From Planktothrix sp. GU0601_MAG3 (GTDB lineage Bacteria > Cyanobacteriota > Cyanobacteriia > Cyanobacteriales > Microcoleaceae), in the NCBI GenBank assembly GCA_035193785.1, contig CP136572.1, positions 3,860,578-3,924,577 of the forward strand: a DNA stretch of 64,000 nt, in the 5' to 3' direction. Below are positions 10,721 to 22,033 of this stretch, one piece after another. A program made the translations under genes and the position numbers. Each line of letters opens with the position of its first letter. Positions within the stretch are counted from its first letter, which is position 1. Under the pieces are notes generated by a model. That model searched no databases. It was not told the DNA's origin and worked only from the letters and a program-made list of their open reading frames with translations.

Positions 10721-12080
10721 TTATTTTCCTACAAACACAAACTTTAAAACAAAAATAACTGCTAAAATCCACATGGCAATATTGGTTTCGTGAAACTTGC
10801 CTTGACAGGATTTAATCAAAGGATAAGTAATTAAACCAACAGCTAAACCATCGGCGATGGAATAACTTAAGGGCATGATAAAAATAGTTAAAAATGCCGG
10901 AATAGATTCGGCGGGGTCATCCCAGCGAATATATTGAACACTTCCCATCATTAACACCCCCACAATAATTAAAGCTGGGGCGGTGGCAAAACTGGGAATA
11001 GCTGATAATAGGGGAATAAAAAATATCGAAATTGTGAATAATATTGCCACAATTACGGCCGTAAATCCACTTCTTCCCCCCTCGGAAATTCCCGCTGCGG
11101 ATTCAATATAAGTAGTCACCGTTGAAGTGCCAAAAATTGCCCCGGTTGTAGTGCCCACCGCATCGGCCATAAATGCTTCTTTAACCCTGGGAAATTCCCC
11201 CTGTTGATTAATATAACCCGCTTTCATTCCTAACCCGGTGAGAGTGCCTACGGTGTCAAATAAATCCACAAAGAAAAATACAAAGGTAATTGTAAATATC
11301 TGGAAAAAATTTACTTCTAAAACTTGTTTTAACCCAATAATTCCCTGACCGAATAAATCCACAGGTAATTGAGGTAAACCGATAATTCCTTGGGGCCAAG
11401 GAGCAATTCCTAGAATCCATCCTAACCCGGCTGTGGCTAAAATTCCTAATAATAAAGCCCCGGTAATTCGACGAACAATTAAAGCAGAAGTAATCAAAAT
11501 TCCGGCAATTGTAATTAATACAATCGGGTCGTTTAGGTTTCCTAATGTGGTGGTAGTGGCTGCATCAGTCACAATAATTTTCGCCCCCGTTAAGGCAATA
11601 TAGGCAATAAACAAACCAATTCCGGCGGCGACGGCGTGTTTAACTCCTTCAGGAATAGCGGTGATAATTTTAGTTTCTAAATTGACTCAGAGTTAGGGCG
11701 ATAAAAATTAAGCCTTCAATTAAAATAGCAGCTAAAGCTACCCGCCAAGGAATGCCCAATTTTAACACCACTGAAAAGGCAAAATAAGCGTTTAATCCCA
11801 TTCCTGGGGCTAAAGCAAAGGGATATTTAGCATATAATCCCATAACTAACGTTGCTAAGGCGGAAGCCAGGGCGGTTGCTATAGCTAATTCTCCAAATAA
11901 ATCCCCCGATTTTTGTAGAAAAATAGCATTGGATAAAATAGCAGGATTAACAATTAAAATATAAGCCATGGTCATAAAAGTTGTGACCCCGGCTATAATT
12001 TCAATCCTAAAATTAGTCTGAAGTTCTCGAAAGTTGAAAAAACGGGCAACTGATTCTAAAGTAGAGGAATTAGAGTTCAT
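10721..12080 (-). CDS. NCS2/AzgA family purine permease (apparent frameshift near 11675)
   Basis: AGVTTFMTMAYILIVNP, APGMGLNAYF and TTYIESAAGISEGGRSG motifs. Confidence 0.92.
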
Positions 12081-12105
12081 ATTATCCCCGAATCAAAAAT
12101 AAATT

Positions 12106-13215
12106 ATGGATATTAAAGCCGCCATTGCATGGGAAGCCGGAAAACCTTTAACCCTAGAAACTGTTCAACTCGAAGGCCCAAAAGAGGGGGAAGTCTTGGT
12201 GGAAATTAAGGCTACAGGTATTTGTCATACCGACGCCTATACCCTTTCCGGCGCTGACCCGGAAGGATTATTTCCGGCTATTTTAGGTCATGAAGGTGCC
12301 GGAATTGTAGTTGAAGTTGGTTATGGGGTAAAAAGTCTTAAACCCGGAGATCATGTTATTCCCCTGTATATTCCAGAATGTCGGCAATGTCAATATTGTT
12401 TAAGTTTTAAGACAAATTTATGTCAAGCAATTCGCGGGACTCAAGGCCAAGGTTTAATGCCTAATGGTAGTAGTCGGTTTTCTAAAAATGGTCGGATGAT
12501 TCATCATTATATGGGGACTTCTACCTTTGCGAACTATACGGTTTTACCGGAAATTTCCTTAGCAAAAATTAGAGAAGATGCTCCATTTGATAAGGTTTGT
12601 TATATTGGTTGTGGGGTAACAACGGGCATCGGTGCGGTGATTAATACGGCTAAAGTTGAACCCGGATCAAATGTGGTGGTTTTTGGCTTAGGAGGCATTG
12701 GATTAAATGTAATTCAAGGGGCAAAAATGGTCGGGGCGAATAAAATTATTGGGGTTGATCTTAATTCTAATAAAAAGGCAATTGCGGAAAAATTTGGCAT
12801 GACCCATTTTGTGAATCCTCAAGAAATTGAAGGAGATTTAGTATCCTATTTGGTGGAATTAACTGAAGGCGGTGCGGATTATAGTTTTGAATGTATTGGG
12901 AATGTTAAAGTCATGCGTCAAGCCCTAGAATGTTGTCATAAAGGTTGGGGAGTTAGTATTATTATTGGGGTGGCTGGGGCGGGGGAAGAAATTAATACCC
13001 GTCCCTTTCAATTAGTCACGGGAAGGGTTTGGAAAGGCACGGCTTTTGGTGGGGCAAAAGGTCGGACGGATGTGCCTACAATTGTTGATTGGTATATGGA
13101 TGGGAAAATTAATATTGATGATTTAATTACCCATGTCATGCCGATTGAAAAAATTAATGAAGCCTTTGATTTGATGCACAAAGGCGAATCAATTCGGACT
13201 GTAGTAACCTTTTAA
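12106..13215 (+). CDS. frmA: S-(hydroxymethyl)glutathione dehydrogenase / class III alcohol dehydrogenase
   Basis: [21 protein letters not shown] and [18 protein letters not shown]. Confidence 0.96.
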   Translation: MDIKAAIAWEAGKPLTLETVQLEGPKEGEVLVEIKATGICHTDAYTLSGADPEGLFPAILGHEGAGIVVEVGYGVKSLKPGDHVIPLYIPECRQCQYCLSFKTNLCQAIRGTQGQGLMPNGSSRFSKNGRMIHHYMGTSTFANYTVLPEISLAKIREDAPFDKVCYIGCGVTTGIGAVINTAKVEPGSNVVVFGLGGIGLNVIQGAKMVGANKIIGVDLNSNKKAIAEKFGMTHFVNPQEIEGDLVSYLVELTEGGADYSFECIGNVKVMRQALECCHKGWGVSIIIGVAGAGEEINTRPFQLVTGRVWKGTAFGGAKGRTDVPTIVDWYMDGKINIDDLITHVMPIEKINEAFDLMHKGESIRTVVTF

Positions 13216-13269
13216 AAAAGATGTTTTTATGGGGTGGTTATCAAATATTTAGATTGGTTTTAAAATTAG

Positions 13270-13962
13270 CTATTTTGTTCTAAATATTCTCAAACCACCC
13301 CATGATTTTAAAGATTGATCTGAAAAAAATGATAATTTTATGAACAGAAAATACAGGTCGATCTGGAGATCGATTGGTGAGAAGGACAGGTTAAATGATT
13401 GGAAACCAAACCAATGATAAAAGTTAGCATCCCAATCCGCAGCCGGGACAAATTCAATAAACAAATCCATCAGAATTTGATTCACCACCTTAGCAATAAA
13501 TTGGTTGACTAACCAATTATAGGTTTTCTCAAAATCCCGATCCCACTCTAAATAAATCGCACCAACTAGGGCTTCAAACATTTCTGATAATATTTTTTGT
13601 TGTTCAAACTCCGGTTTTAAAGGATAGTTTTGTCCTAAATCACTCCCTTGATCTATCTTGATTTTTAACGCTAATTTTGCTAAGATTATTGGACTGACTA
13701 AATCACTTTTTAAAAGTGTCCGGGTTGCTTCCCCTAAATGGGAACAGTGCAGATGTAAATAATCACTTACGATCTGGCTAAACAAGTTAGAACCTAAATG
13801 AGTAATACCCCAATATTCTAAGGTTCTGAGTTTCCTTTCCTTGGGCGTTAAATCTAGGTTTTCTCCAATAGCATCAGGATGAGTTAGGGCAATCTCCAAT
13901 AACTCTTGATGAGTAAAGGAATTAATTCCAATTTGGGTTTTGATAAAGTTTGGATTAATCAT
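13270..13962 (-). CDS. Ribonuclease III-domain protein with degenerate signature and no dsRBD
   Basis: LLEIALTHP and LSEMFEALVGAIYLE are present. The signature ERLEFLGD is replaced by YWGITHLGS. Confidence 0.75.
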   Translation of the reverse strand: MINPNFIKTQIGINSFTHQELLEIALTHPDAIGENLDLTPKERKLRTLEYWGITHLGSNLFSQIVSDYLHLHCSHLGEATRTLLKSDLVSPIILAKLALKIKIDQGSDLGQNYPLKPEFEQQKILSEMFEALVGAIYLEWDRDFEKTYNWLVNQFIAKVVNQILMDLFIEFVPAADWDANFYHWFGFQSFNLSFSPIDLQIDLYFLFIKLSFFSDQSLKSWGGLRIFRTK

Positions 13963-14294
13963 GGTTGAAAAAGATTTTAAGGTTAAATTAAAAGGGGTCT
14001 ACAGGATTTTAAAAGGAGATTACGGAAAACCAGAGATCGGTTTTCCGATTGATAAAATAAGTTGAGAAATTGAAAATTTACAGAGAATCTCTGCTTGTAA
14101 CCTAATCGGTGAAAATTTATGCTTTGGTGGTCAAGTTGGCTTCGATCGCCATTGTTGCTGCAAGTCGTCATAGCGAGATGGGATTTTCCGTCTACCGACC
14201 AGCCCAAGTTTAATCTCACCCTGTTCTCGTACTTTACTACCTTTCCGGGTTAAGTAGTACGGAAGAAAACTTTACGATTTAAGCAGATATCACA

Positions 14295-14369
14295 AATTTT
14301 TGGGTCATCCCCCATAAAACAGGCATTTTCGGTCATTCTATGGGGGAACATCGGGAACTTGTCGTTTAA
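14295..14369 (+). pseudogene. Remnant of S-formylglutathione hydrolase (fghA/frmB-like)
   Basis: Translates as NFWVIPHKTGIFGHSMGEH, matching the family motif GIFGHSMGGHG. It lies 1.1 kb downstream of frmA on the same strand. Confidence 0.65.
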
Positions 14370-14724
14370 CTAAGCCAGGGAGTCTGGGAATGTAGAGCGT
14401 CCACAACAGCGTTCAATTCCTAAGCTATCTAATAACAAATCGCTGACCGCATTGGCGATTACAAATTCCCCAAAAAAACTTTTAGAAAAATCAAAAGATT
14501 CCATTTCCGTCACAATCGCCAACACCAAAGAAACCCACATCATTTTCCCCTTCCATCCGTTGACGAACATAAATTTGAGCGGCTCGCTGTGCAATAATTT
14601 CATTCACCGCCTCCGGGATAAATTGTTCATCCAACCAACGATTTAAGGTTTGTTTTAACCATTCCCCTTCCTGTGGTAAATTCTCACTGGGGGGTAAGGT
14701 GATGGGTGCAATGGGTTCATTCAT
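14370..14724 (-). CDS. Conserved hypothetical protein (apparent frameshift near 14532)
   Basis: The repair joins two ORFs: ...RQRMEGENDVGSLVLAIVTEMESFDFSKSFFGEFVIANAVSDLL. Confidence 0.8.
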
Positions 14725-14862
14725 AAGTTTATTAAGGATTTTTCAATTTTATTTAACCTGTTTTTATGCTGTTTTTAAAAGTGGGAGCGGGGGTTTTTGT
14801 TAATTTTTCCGTGATTAGGATAGATTGGAGAAACCCCCTCCCTACAAATATACACTCGGGTT

Positions 14863-15282
14863 CTAGTCTTGAACCAGGGTAATAATCGGAGAATCATTAC
14901 CCTTATATTCTTCTGATATTTTGGTTTTAATTAATTCAGCAAATAACCGATTAATTGAGGATTCAATGGAATTAGCTTCTTTTTTAAAACAAACCTGAAA
15001 ACTCTTGGCTTTGTCGTAGGTCTTGGTTTCTCTCCTATAGGTTTTTTGGGTTTTTGCCTCTACAAAAACTGAAGGATCGGGACGTTTATACCAATATAAT
15101 TGATAGGAATGGGTGGAATCATTGCCTTTGAATTTTATAATATCGTCTCCATATCCGGGGATAGTGAGATAATATAATTCTCCCCTTTGATAGACTTGGA
15201 GATAACCCCAGGTTTTCTCGGTTTTGTTGAGAAGTTTTGTTAAGGTACTCTCTAACATAAAAGATAAGTTAAGGTTTAGCAT
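14863..15282 (-). CDS. Hypothetical protein
   Basis: ORF of about 140 aa; start codon uncertain. Confidence 0.55.
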   Translation of the reverse strand: MLNLNLSFMLESTLTKLLNKTEKTWGYLQVYQRGELYYLTIPGYGDDIIKFKGNDSTHSYQLYWYKRPDPSVFVEAKTQKTYRRETKTYDKAKSFQVCFKKEANSIESSINRLFAELIKTKISEEYKGNDSPIITLVQD

Positions 15283-15337
15283 AGATGAGACAATACTCCT
15301 TAGTATATTAACCAAAGTATAGCAAAGTTTGTCACCT

Positions 15338-15916
15338 ATGCAATATGATGTCACCGCAATTATTCAAGGGTATGCAGCAGGATACTTTTTGATGGCAAAT
15401 GACGGGGAACACAGCTTGGAATGGTATTCTAGTCGAGAACGGGCAATAATTCCCTTAGATGAACGATTTCGCTATCCGAGTTCTTTACAACGGGTTTTGA
15501 ATCAAAATCGGTTTACCGTCGCCATTAATCGAGATTTTACTGGCGTTGTAGAAGGCTGTGCAAATCGAGAAGAAACTTGGATTTCCTCAGAATTAAAAGA
15601 AATTTATCATGCCTTAAATAAGGCTGGATTTGCCTATAGTTTTGAAACTTGGCAAGGAGATCAATTAGCTGGTGGCATATTAGGAATTGTCATTGGTGGA
15701 GCTTTTATTGGGGAATCAATGTTTTTTAGAATCCCCGATGCTTCTAAAGTGGCAATGGTTAAGTTAGTTGAACGGTTAAGAGAGAAAAAGTTTATTTTAT
15801 TTGATGCCCAAATGGATAATCCTCACCTGGAAAGATTTGGCTCTTGTGTTATTAAAAACAAAGAGTATAAAATCCTCTTAAAAAAAGCAATTAATCAACC
15901 CTGTTCTCTCAAGTAG
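15338..15916 (+). CDS. aat: Leucyl/phenylalanyl-tRNA--protein transferase
   Basis: GYAAGYFLM, ETWIS, FIGESMF and ASKVAMVKLV motifs. Confidence 0.93.
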   Translation: MQYDVTAIIQGYAAGYFLMANDGEHSLEWYSSRERAIIPLDERFRYPSSLQRVLNQNRFTVAINRDFTGVVEGCANREETWISSELKEIYHALNKAGFAYSFETWQGDQLAGGILGIVIGGAFIGESMFFRIPDASKVAMVKLVERLREKKFILFDAQMDNPHLERFGSCVIKNKEYKILLKKAINQPCSLK

Positions 15917-15947
15917 TGAGCCCTTCAGGGCTCAATCCAATCGGTAT

Positions 15948-16577
15948 TTAAAATTCTATCCCCGGTTGAGCCTTAATACCTTGTTCTCGAAAAGGATGTT
16001 TAATTAAAGACATTTCGGTAACAAGATCCGCTTGTTCAATTAAAGCCTGGGGAGCACCTCGACCCGTTAGAATAATATGGGTATCCTCGGCTTTTTCTGC
16101 AATTCCCGCGAGAACATCTTCAACGGATAAATAACCCAGTTTAATGGCGATATTAACTTCATCAAGTAAAATTAATTTAAACTCAGAATTTCTAATAAAA
16201 GTTAGGGCTAAATTCCACGCTTCCCGGGTTTTTTCTATATCTCGATCACGGTCTTGGGTTTCCCAAGTAAAGCCCTCTCCTAACGCATGAAATTCCAATT
16301 GTTCCGGCCATTTACTAAAAACCGCCTTTTCTGCGGGTTCCCAGGCGCCCTTAATAAACTGAATAATAGCCACCCGATATCCATGACCCAAAGAACGTAA
16401 AACCATCCCTAAAGCGGCGGTAGTTTTTCCCTTTCCGTTTCCAGTATTAACAATAATTAATCCTTTAGTTTGGCTGCGTTCAGCTACTCGTTGATCCTGA
16501 ATTTCTTTGCGCCGTTGCATTTTTAAACGGTGTTGTTCGGCGGTGAGCGTTGGTTCGGTCATTGTGTTATTTTCCAT
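15948..16577 (-). CDS. cobO: Cob(I)yrinic acid a,c-diamide adenosyltransferase
   Basis: NTGNGKGKTTAALG, QFIKG, LLDE, TGRGAP and KHPF..GIEF. Confidence 0.95.
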   Translation of the reverse strand: MENNTMTEPTLTAEQHRLKMQRRKEIQDQRVAERSQTKGLIIVNTGNGKGKTTAALGMVLRSLGHGYRVAIIQFIKGAWEPAEKAVFSKWPEQLEFHALGEGFTWETQDRDRDIEKTREAWNLALTFIRNSEFKLILLDEVNIAIKLGYLSVEDVLAGIAEKAEDTHIILTGRGAPQALIEQADLVTEMSLIKHPFREQGIKAQPGIEF

Positions 16578-16621
16578 GATGATGATTTGATTAGTTTTGA
16601 TTAAAATACTAAAAGTTAAAG

Positions 16622-17048
16622 CTATTGATAATTGATGACTGTTAAAAATTCATCAACGGTTAAAATCGGACAAGAAAAATTATCTGCAAGACAGAGCAAA
16701 TCATTATCACCTGTCACCAAATAATCAGCTTCACCCACAACAGCTAATAGCAAAAAAGGGATATCAAATGGATCTCGACATTCAGGAAACTATAGGCAAA
16801 ATATCGGGTATCAACACAGTGTCACAAAACGGCAAATAGTCTGACAATAAAGCCTCCTGCTCTGAGTTTGTGAGCTTGAACTTTGGGTAAGTAAGTACCC
16901 GAACTAACTCCGCAATTGTAACCTGAGAAACTAAAGGAATAAATTGATTATCCTGCCACCCAAGACGCAACCTGGATAATTTACCCCCAAATACTAAGGA
17001 TGATAATACTAAATTTGTATCAATGACCACTCGCGGACACTCAATCAT
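16622..17048 (-). CDS. PIN-family putative toxin (apparent frameshift near 16788)
   Basis: VVIDTNLVLS at the N-terminus. The repair gives VPECRDPFDIPFLLLAVVGEADYLVTGDNDLL. Confidence 0.88.
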
Positions 17049-17266
17049 CACCCACGCGCCCACTTGACAGCATCATTAATATCCTGTTCATTCAGATTCA
17101 AAGTCGCCAATTTAGCCCGCACAACATCAGCCCCTTGAATTTTTACTGGAGTCAGAATAATTTGTCCACCCTCTACCTTAACCTCAAAATACTCAGCCTC
17201 CCCAATAGCTTGAGTTATACTTTTAGGTAGAGTAAGCTGATTTTCAGTCGTCAACTTAGCCAGCAT
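17048..17266 (-). CDS. AbrB/MazE-like antitoxin
   Basis: AKLTTENQLTLPK...GQIILTP; its stop overlaps the toxin start (TGATG). Confidence 0.88.
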   Translation of the reverse strand: MLAKLTTENQLTLPKSITQAIGEAEYFEVKVEGGQIILTPVKIQGADVVRAKLATLNLNEQDINDAVKWARG

Positions 17267-17355
17267 AGCAGTATTCTTAAATGTCTATTATTTATTATCT
17301 ATTATTCAGACCAAATTGTCAATTATGTACACCATCAAAAATCAGTTTATGATAA

Positions 17356-18804
17356 TTAACGAGAAGATTTACACCGATCGCAATGACCACATCCTGAAAA
17401 CTGATTTTCTAAGTTAAATCCAAAAGATTGTAATAAAAACTTCCACCGACAGTCACGGGTTTTTAAGTATTGATTCATTTGTTGAATAGCTTTAATATTT
17501 TGATCTTGATGCAATTTTGTAGGTTTAGATATAATTTCATAATCAAAGGGATTTCGCCAGATTAATTTTCCTTGGGCGTGTAAAATAGAAAGGGCGATCG
17601 CACTATTTTTAAATTGTTCAGATAGGGTTTCTATATTTCCCGTTGCTGGGAGTTTTTTAATTAATTGATTTGCCGATTGATATTGTTTTTCTAGGTTTTC
17701 AATTAAATATTTTTGTCGTTGTTTATCTTCAGGATAGAAAAAACCCGTAGGTTCGCTAATAATAGTTAAGGCGATCGCCGGTTTACCATCTCTCCCCGCC
17801 CGCCCCACTTCTTGAATATATTCAGACAATAAAAAAGGAGCCTGAAAATGACATACCCATCTCACATTACTCTTATTAATTCCCATGCCAAAGGCACTAC
17901 TACAAACCACAAATTTAATCTTTTCCTGTAACCAATCTTTTTCGATTTTTCGGCGTTCTTCTGAACTCAACCCAGCGTGATAAGCAACAGTTGAATATTT
18001 TTCTGTTTGCAACCATTGGGCTAATTGTTCGCAGTCTTTCCGAGTTCTCGCATAAATCAAACCTGTTTGATGTTTTCTAGGTTGAATAAATTGGATTAAC
18101 TGTTGTTGTCTTCCCCTAGGAGTCCAAACTATTTTAATATTTAATTCTAAATTAGATCGATAGGGACTCAGGAGAAATTGCTGAGGTTTTTGTAGTTGTA
18201 AAACCCTTTTAATAGTTACTTGAGCATCGGGATCGGCGGTGGCGGTAAAGGCTGCGATCGCAATTTTTGTCCCTGGGGGTTTAAGTTTTAATAATGTTGA
18301 ACGAATTGCCCCTAACCTTCGATAAGCAGGGCGAAAGGTATCCCCCCATTGTACTAAACAGTGGGCTTCATCTAAGATTAAACCATTGATTTTAACCGTA
18401 GGTTGAGAAATCACATTCCAAACGGGAGAACTTAATAGGGTTTCGGGGGAAAGATAGAGGAGTCTTAATTGATTTTTTTCAACTAAACCTAAAGTTTTTC
18501 GTCGTTGTTGGGGCATTAATTGACTATGAATTAAGGCGGCAGGAAGGCGCAGATCTTGAAGTTCTTGAACCTGATTTTCCATTAATGCCACCAGGGGAGA
18601 TATAATTAAAGTTAATCCAGTTTGTAATAGTGCTGGCAGTTGAAAACAGATAGATTTTCCCCCTCCCGTCGGCATGACAATTAAGGCATCTTTTTTATCT
18701 AATAAGCTCTTAATAATTTCCCCTTGGGGCGGTCGAAAATCATCATAACCCCAAATTTTCTTAAAAGATGCCTTAACCTGTTGCCAGTCTGTAGATGCTT
18801 CCAT
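17356..18804 (-). CDS. recQ: RecQ family ATP-dependent DNA helicase
   Basis: MPTGGGKS, DEAHC, QEVGRAGRDG and a C-terminal CGHCDRC zinc site. Confidence 0.93.
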   Translation of the reverse strand: MEASTDWQQVKASFKKIWGYDDFRPPQGEIIKSLLDKKDALIVMPTGGGKSICFQLPALLQTGLTLIISPLVALMENQVQELQDLRLPAALIHSQLMPQQRRKTLGLVEKNQLRLLYLSPETLLSSPVWNVISQPTVKINGLILDEAHCLVQWGDTFRPAYRRLGAIRSTLLKLKPPGTKIAIAAFTATADPDAQVTIKRVLQLQKPQQFLLSPYRSNLELNIKIVWTPRGRQQQLIQFIQPRKHQTGLIYARTRKDCEQLAQWLQTEKYSTVAYHAGLSSEERRKIEKDWLQEKIKFVVCSSAFGMGINKSNVRWVCHFQAPFLLSEYIQEVGRAGRDGKPAIALTIISEPTGFFYPEDKQRQKYLIENLEKQYQSANQLIKKLPATGNIETLSEQFKNSAIALSILHAQGKLIWRNPFDYEIISKPTKLHQDQNIKAIQQMNQYLKTRDCRWKFLLQSFGFNLENQFSGCGHCDRCKSSR

Positions 18805-19096
18805 ATTGCATTTCCAAATTTGACACAATTAACCGAGTTTGTTGTTGCGCTTTAGCGCAAAAGCCTGGGGCTAGATCATCAACAACGTTTTATAAATGTA
18901 AATAATTACGAACACCTAACTATCAGGATATCATATTTTAACTTAATATTATAAAAGTTCAAGCGACTTTTTCACAAACCTTTATAATAAAACATAGTGA
19001 TTTTCGGTCGCAAAAACCTATATTAGAGTCAGTGTCCGCCGTTTGATGGTAAACTGTATAAATTGTGCGATCGCTGCGCTTACAAACCCTGAAATT

Positions 19097-19490
19097 ATGG
19101 ATATTATTGAGATTATCAAACAAGATTATCAACAATTTCCCGATAATCAAAGCTATAATATTTATGCTGATAATGTTTATTTTGCCGACCCGATGAATAA
19201 ATTTAATGGGTTAAAACGTTATCAACAAATGATTGGATTTATAAAAACATGGTTTTTAGATATTCAACTGGATTTACATACTATCACTCAAACCGATAAC
19301 TTAATCCAAACCCGTTGGACGCTAAGTTGGACAACTCCCCTCCCCTGGAAACCCAGAATTTCTATCCCAGGACGGAGTGAAACTCCAACTTAACGCCAAT
19401 AACCTGATTGAAAGCCATATCGACTATTGGGACTGTTCGCGCTTGGATGTGGTGAAACAGTTATTCTTGATGAAAAACCGCTACAGTTAA
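19097..19490 (+). CDS. DUF2358 (NTF2/SnoaL-like) protein (apparent frameshift near 19381)
   Basis: VYFADPMNKF and PLPWKPRI. The repair gives GRSELQLN...HIDYWDCSRLDV. Confidence 0.85.
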
Positions 19491-19522
19491 ATAATGTAAA
19501 CAAATTTTAATCTTAAAACCGT

Positions 19523-20710
19523 ATGCGCGTAATTCTAATGACGGGTAAAGGTGGCGTGGGGAAAACCTCCGTTGCGGCGGCGACAGGCTTACGCTGTGCG
19601 GAGTTGGGACATAAAACCCTAGTATTGAGTACCGACCCCGCCCACTCCCTCGCCGATAGTTTTGATCTCCCCTTGGGACACGAGCCCCGTCTAGTGCGAC
19701 CGAACCTTTGGGGGGCAGAATTGGACGCCCTGATGGAATTGGAAGGGAACTGGGGGGCGGTGAAACGCTATATTAGTCAGGTATTACAGGCGCGAGGACT
19801 GGATGGAATTCAAGCGGAAGAATTAGCCATTTTACCCGGAATGGACGAAATTTTTGGTCTGGTGCGGATGAAGCGCCATTATGATGACGGGGATTTTGAT
19901 GTCTTAATTATTGATTCTGCGCCGACGGGAACAGCCTTGAGACTGTTAAGTTTACCCGAAGTGGGGGGTTGGTATATGAGAAAATTTTATAAACCGTTAC
20001 AGGGAATGTCGGTGGCGTTGCGTCCTCTATTTGAGCCGATTTTTAGACCTTTGACCGGGTTTTCTTTACCCGATAAAGAAGTCATGGATGCACCTTATGA
20101 ATTCTATGAAAAAATTGAAGCCTTAGAAAAGGTTTTAACCGATAATATGCAAACCTCGGTACGTTTAGTTACCAACCCAGAAAAAATGGTAATTAAGGAA
20201 TCTTTACGCGCCCATGCCTATTTAAGTTTGTATAATGTTTCTACGGATTTAGTTATTTCTAATCGGATTATTCCCGAAGAAGTGACCGATCCTTTTTTCC
20301 AAAAATGGAAAGACAATCAAAAACAATATCGTCAAGAAATCCACGATAATTTTAGACCATTACCTGTTAAGGAAGTGCCGTTATTTTCTGAGGAGTTATG
20401 TGGGTTTGAAGCTCTGGAAAGATTGAAAGAAGTGCTCTATAAGGATGAAGATCCTAGTCAAGTTTACTATAAGGAAAATACACTTCGAGTCGTAGTAGAC
20501 AATAATGAATATACGTTGGAATTGTATTTACCTGGGATTCCTAAAGAACAAGTTCAACTGAATAAAACTGGGGATGAATTGAATATCAGAATTGGTAATC
20601 ATCGCCGGAATTTAGTGTTACCCCAAGCCTTAGCCATGTTGCAACCTTCAGGAGCAAAAATGGAAGATGACTATTTGAAAATTAAGTTTGCTAATGGGGT
20701 GAAGGTGTAA
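19523..20710 (+). CDS. ArsA/Get3 family ATPase with C-terminal alpha-crystallin-like domain
   Basis: [16 protein letters not shown] and DSAPTG motifs with an HSP20-like tail. Confidence 0.93.
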   Translation: MRVILMTGKGGVGKTSVAAATGLRCAELGHKTLVLSTDPAHSLADSFDLPLGHEPRLVRPNLWGAELDALMELEGNWGAVKRYISQVLQARGLDGIQAEELAILPGMDEIFGLVRMKRHYDDGDFDVLIIDSAPTGTALRLLSLPEVGGWYMRKFYKPLQGMSVALRPLFEPIFRPLTGFSLPDKEVMDAPYEFYEKIEALEKVLTDNMQTSVRLVTNPEKMVIKESLRAHAYLSLYNVSTDLVISNRIIPEEVTDPFFQKWKDNQKQYRQEIHDNFRPLPVKEVPLFSEELCGFEALERLKEVLYKDEDPSQVYYKENTLRVVVDNNEYTLELYLPGIPKEQVQLNKTGDELNIRIGNHRRNLVLPQALAMLQPSGAKMEDDYLKIKFANGVKV

Positions 20711-20787
20711 GTTTTACCCAACCTGAGAAACCGGGTTTCTCAAAGAAACCTGGTTTCCAGAATATAATTAATAAAAGATTATGAATT

Positions 20788-22033
20788 ATGAAAATCAGAC
20801 ATTTGCAAATCGAATCTTTTCGAGGTATTCAGAATTTAGACCTGGATTTTGAAACGGATTCACCTACTGTTTTGATTGGGATTAATGGTTTCTGGAAAGT
20901 CGAGTATTCTTGAATGTTTATCAATTCTGCTATCCTGGTTTACAGCCCGAATTCAAAACCCCCAAAGTTCAGGACGTTCGTTGCAAGAAACTGATATTAA
21001 AAATGACCAAAGACAAACTCAGAATACTATTACTGTGGATTTCTGTAATTCACAGAATGTTAATTGGTCTGTTGTTGGTGTGAGGAAGGGATATAGTAGA
21101 GATATTAGTAGTTCATTTGTAGAGCTAAAACAAGTTATTGATCAAATTCATAGTTCAGTAGAAGGGGAGAATTTATCATTACCTGTCGTTGTTTACTATC
21201 CCACAAATCGGGCTGTTCTTGATATTCCTTTAAGAATTAGAAATAAACATTCTTTTGCACAAATTGAAGCCTACGAAGAAGCATTAACCGGAGGACAAAT
21301 TGATTTTAGACGCTTTTTTGAATGGTTTCGAGATCGGGAAGATTTGGAAAATGAACGACGTCTTAATGATCATCCCAGTTATAGAGATCATCAACTAGAA
21401 GCAGTCAGAAAAGCTTATGAAGTTTTTATGAATGGGTTTTCTAATTTACGAGTACAGCGTTTACCCTTACGCATGACTTTACAGAAAAAGGGTGAAGAAC
21501 TAATTATTAATCAACTTTCTGATGGGGAAAAATGTTTATTAGCTTTGGTCAGTGATTTAGCCAGACGTTTAGCGATCGCTAATCCTAATTTATCAGAACC
21601 TTTACGGGGAAAAGGAGTGATTCTTATTGATGAAATAGAGCTTCATCTTCACCCAAAATGGCAACAAAATATTATTCCAGCTTTAACCCAAACCTTCCCA
21701 AATTGTCAGTTTATTGTTTCCACACATTCACCTTTAGTAATTAGTCATGTTGACTGGGTTCATTTATTGTGTTTTCAAGAAAATGATATAATTGTAGAAC
21801 GGTTAAGATCCTACGGAAAAGACAGTAACCGAATTCTGGAAACCTTGATGGATTCTTCAGAACGTCCCGTTGAGATTCAAGAAGATTTTCTGGAATTATT
21901 TCGTCTTATTGATGGTGATAGATTGGAAGAAGCAAAAAAATCACTTCAACAACTGCGGGATAAACTGGGAGAAGAAGATCCTAAATTTGTTAGGGCTGAG
22001 GGCTTAATTCGACGCAAAGAACTTCTCAAATAA
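20788..22033 (+). CDS. ptuA: AAA/ABC-type ATPase, Septu PtuA-like (apparent frameshift near 20890)
   Basis: The repair gives MKIRHLQIESFRGI...LIGINGSGKS. Also LSDGEK, ILIDEIELHLHPKWQ and QFIVSTHSP. Confidence 0.8.

Noticed and set aside
13983..14219. 78-aa ORF upstream of the RNase III-like gene
   Set aside because: It has a GTG start, no recognisable motif and atypical composition; it is probably non-coding.
19523..20710. Arsenite resistance ATPase
   Set aside because: There is no ars operon context. The single ATPase domain with an alpha-crystallin-like tail fits the Get3-like class of photosynthetic organisms.
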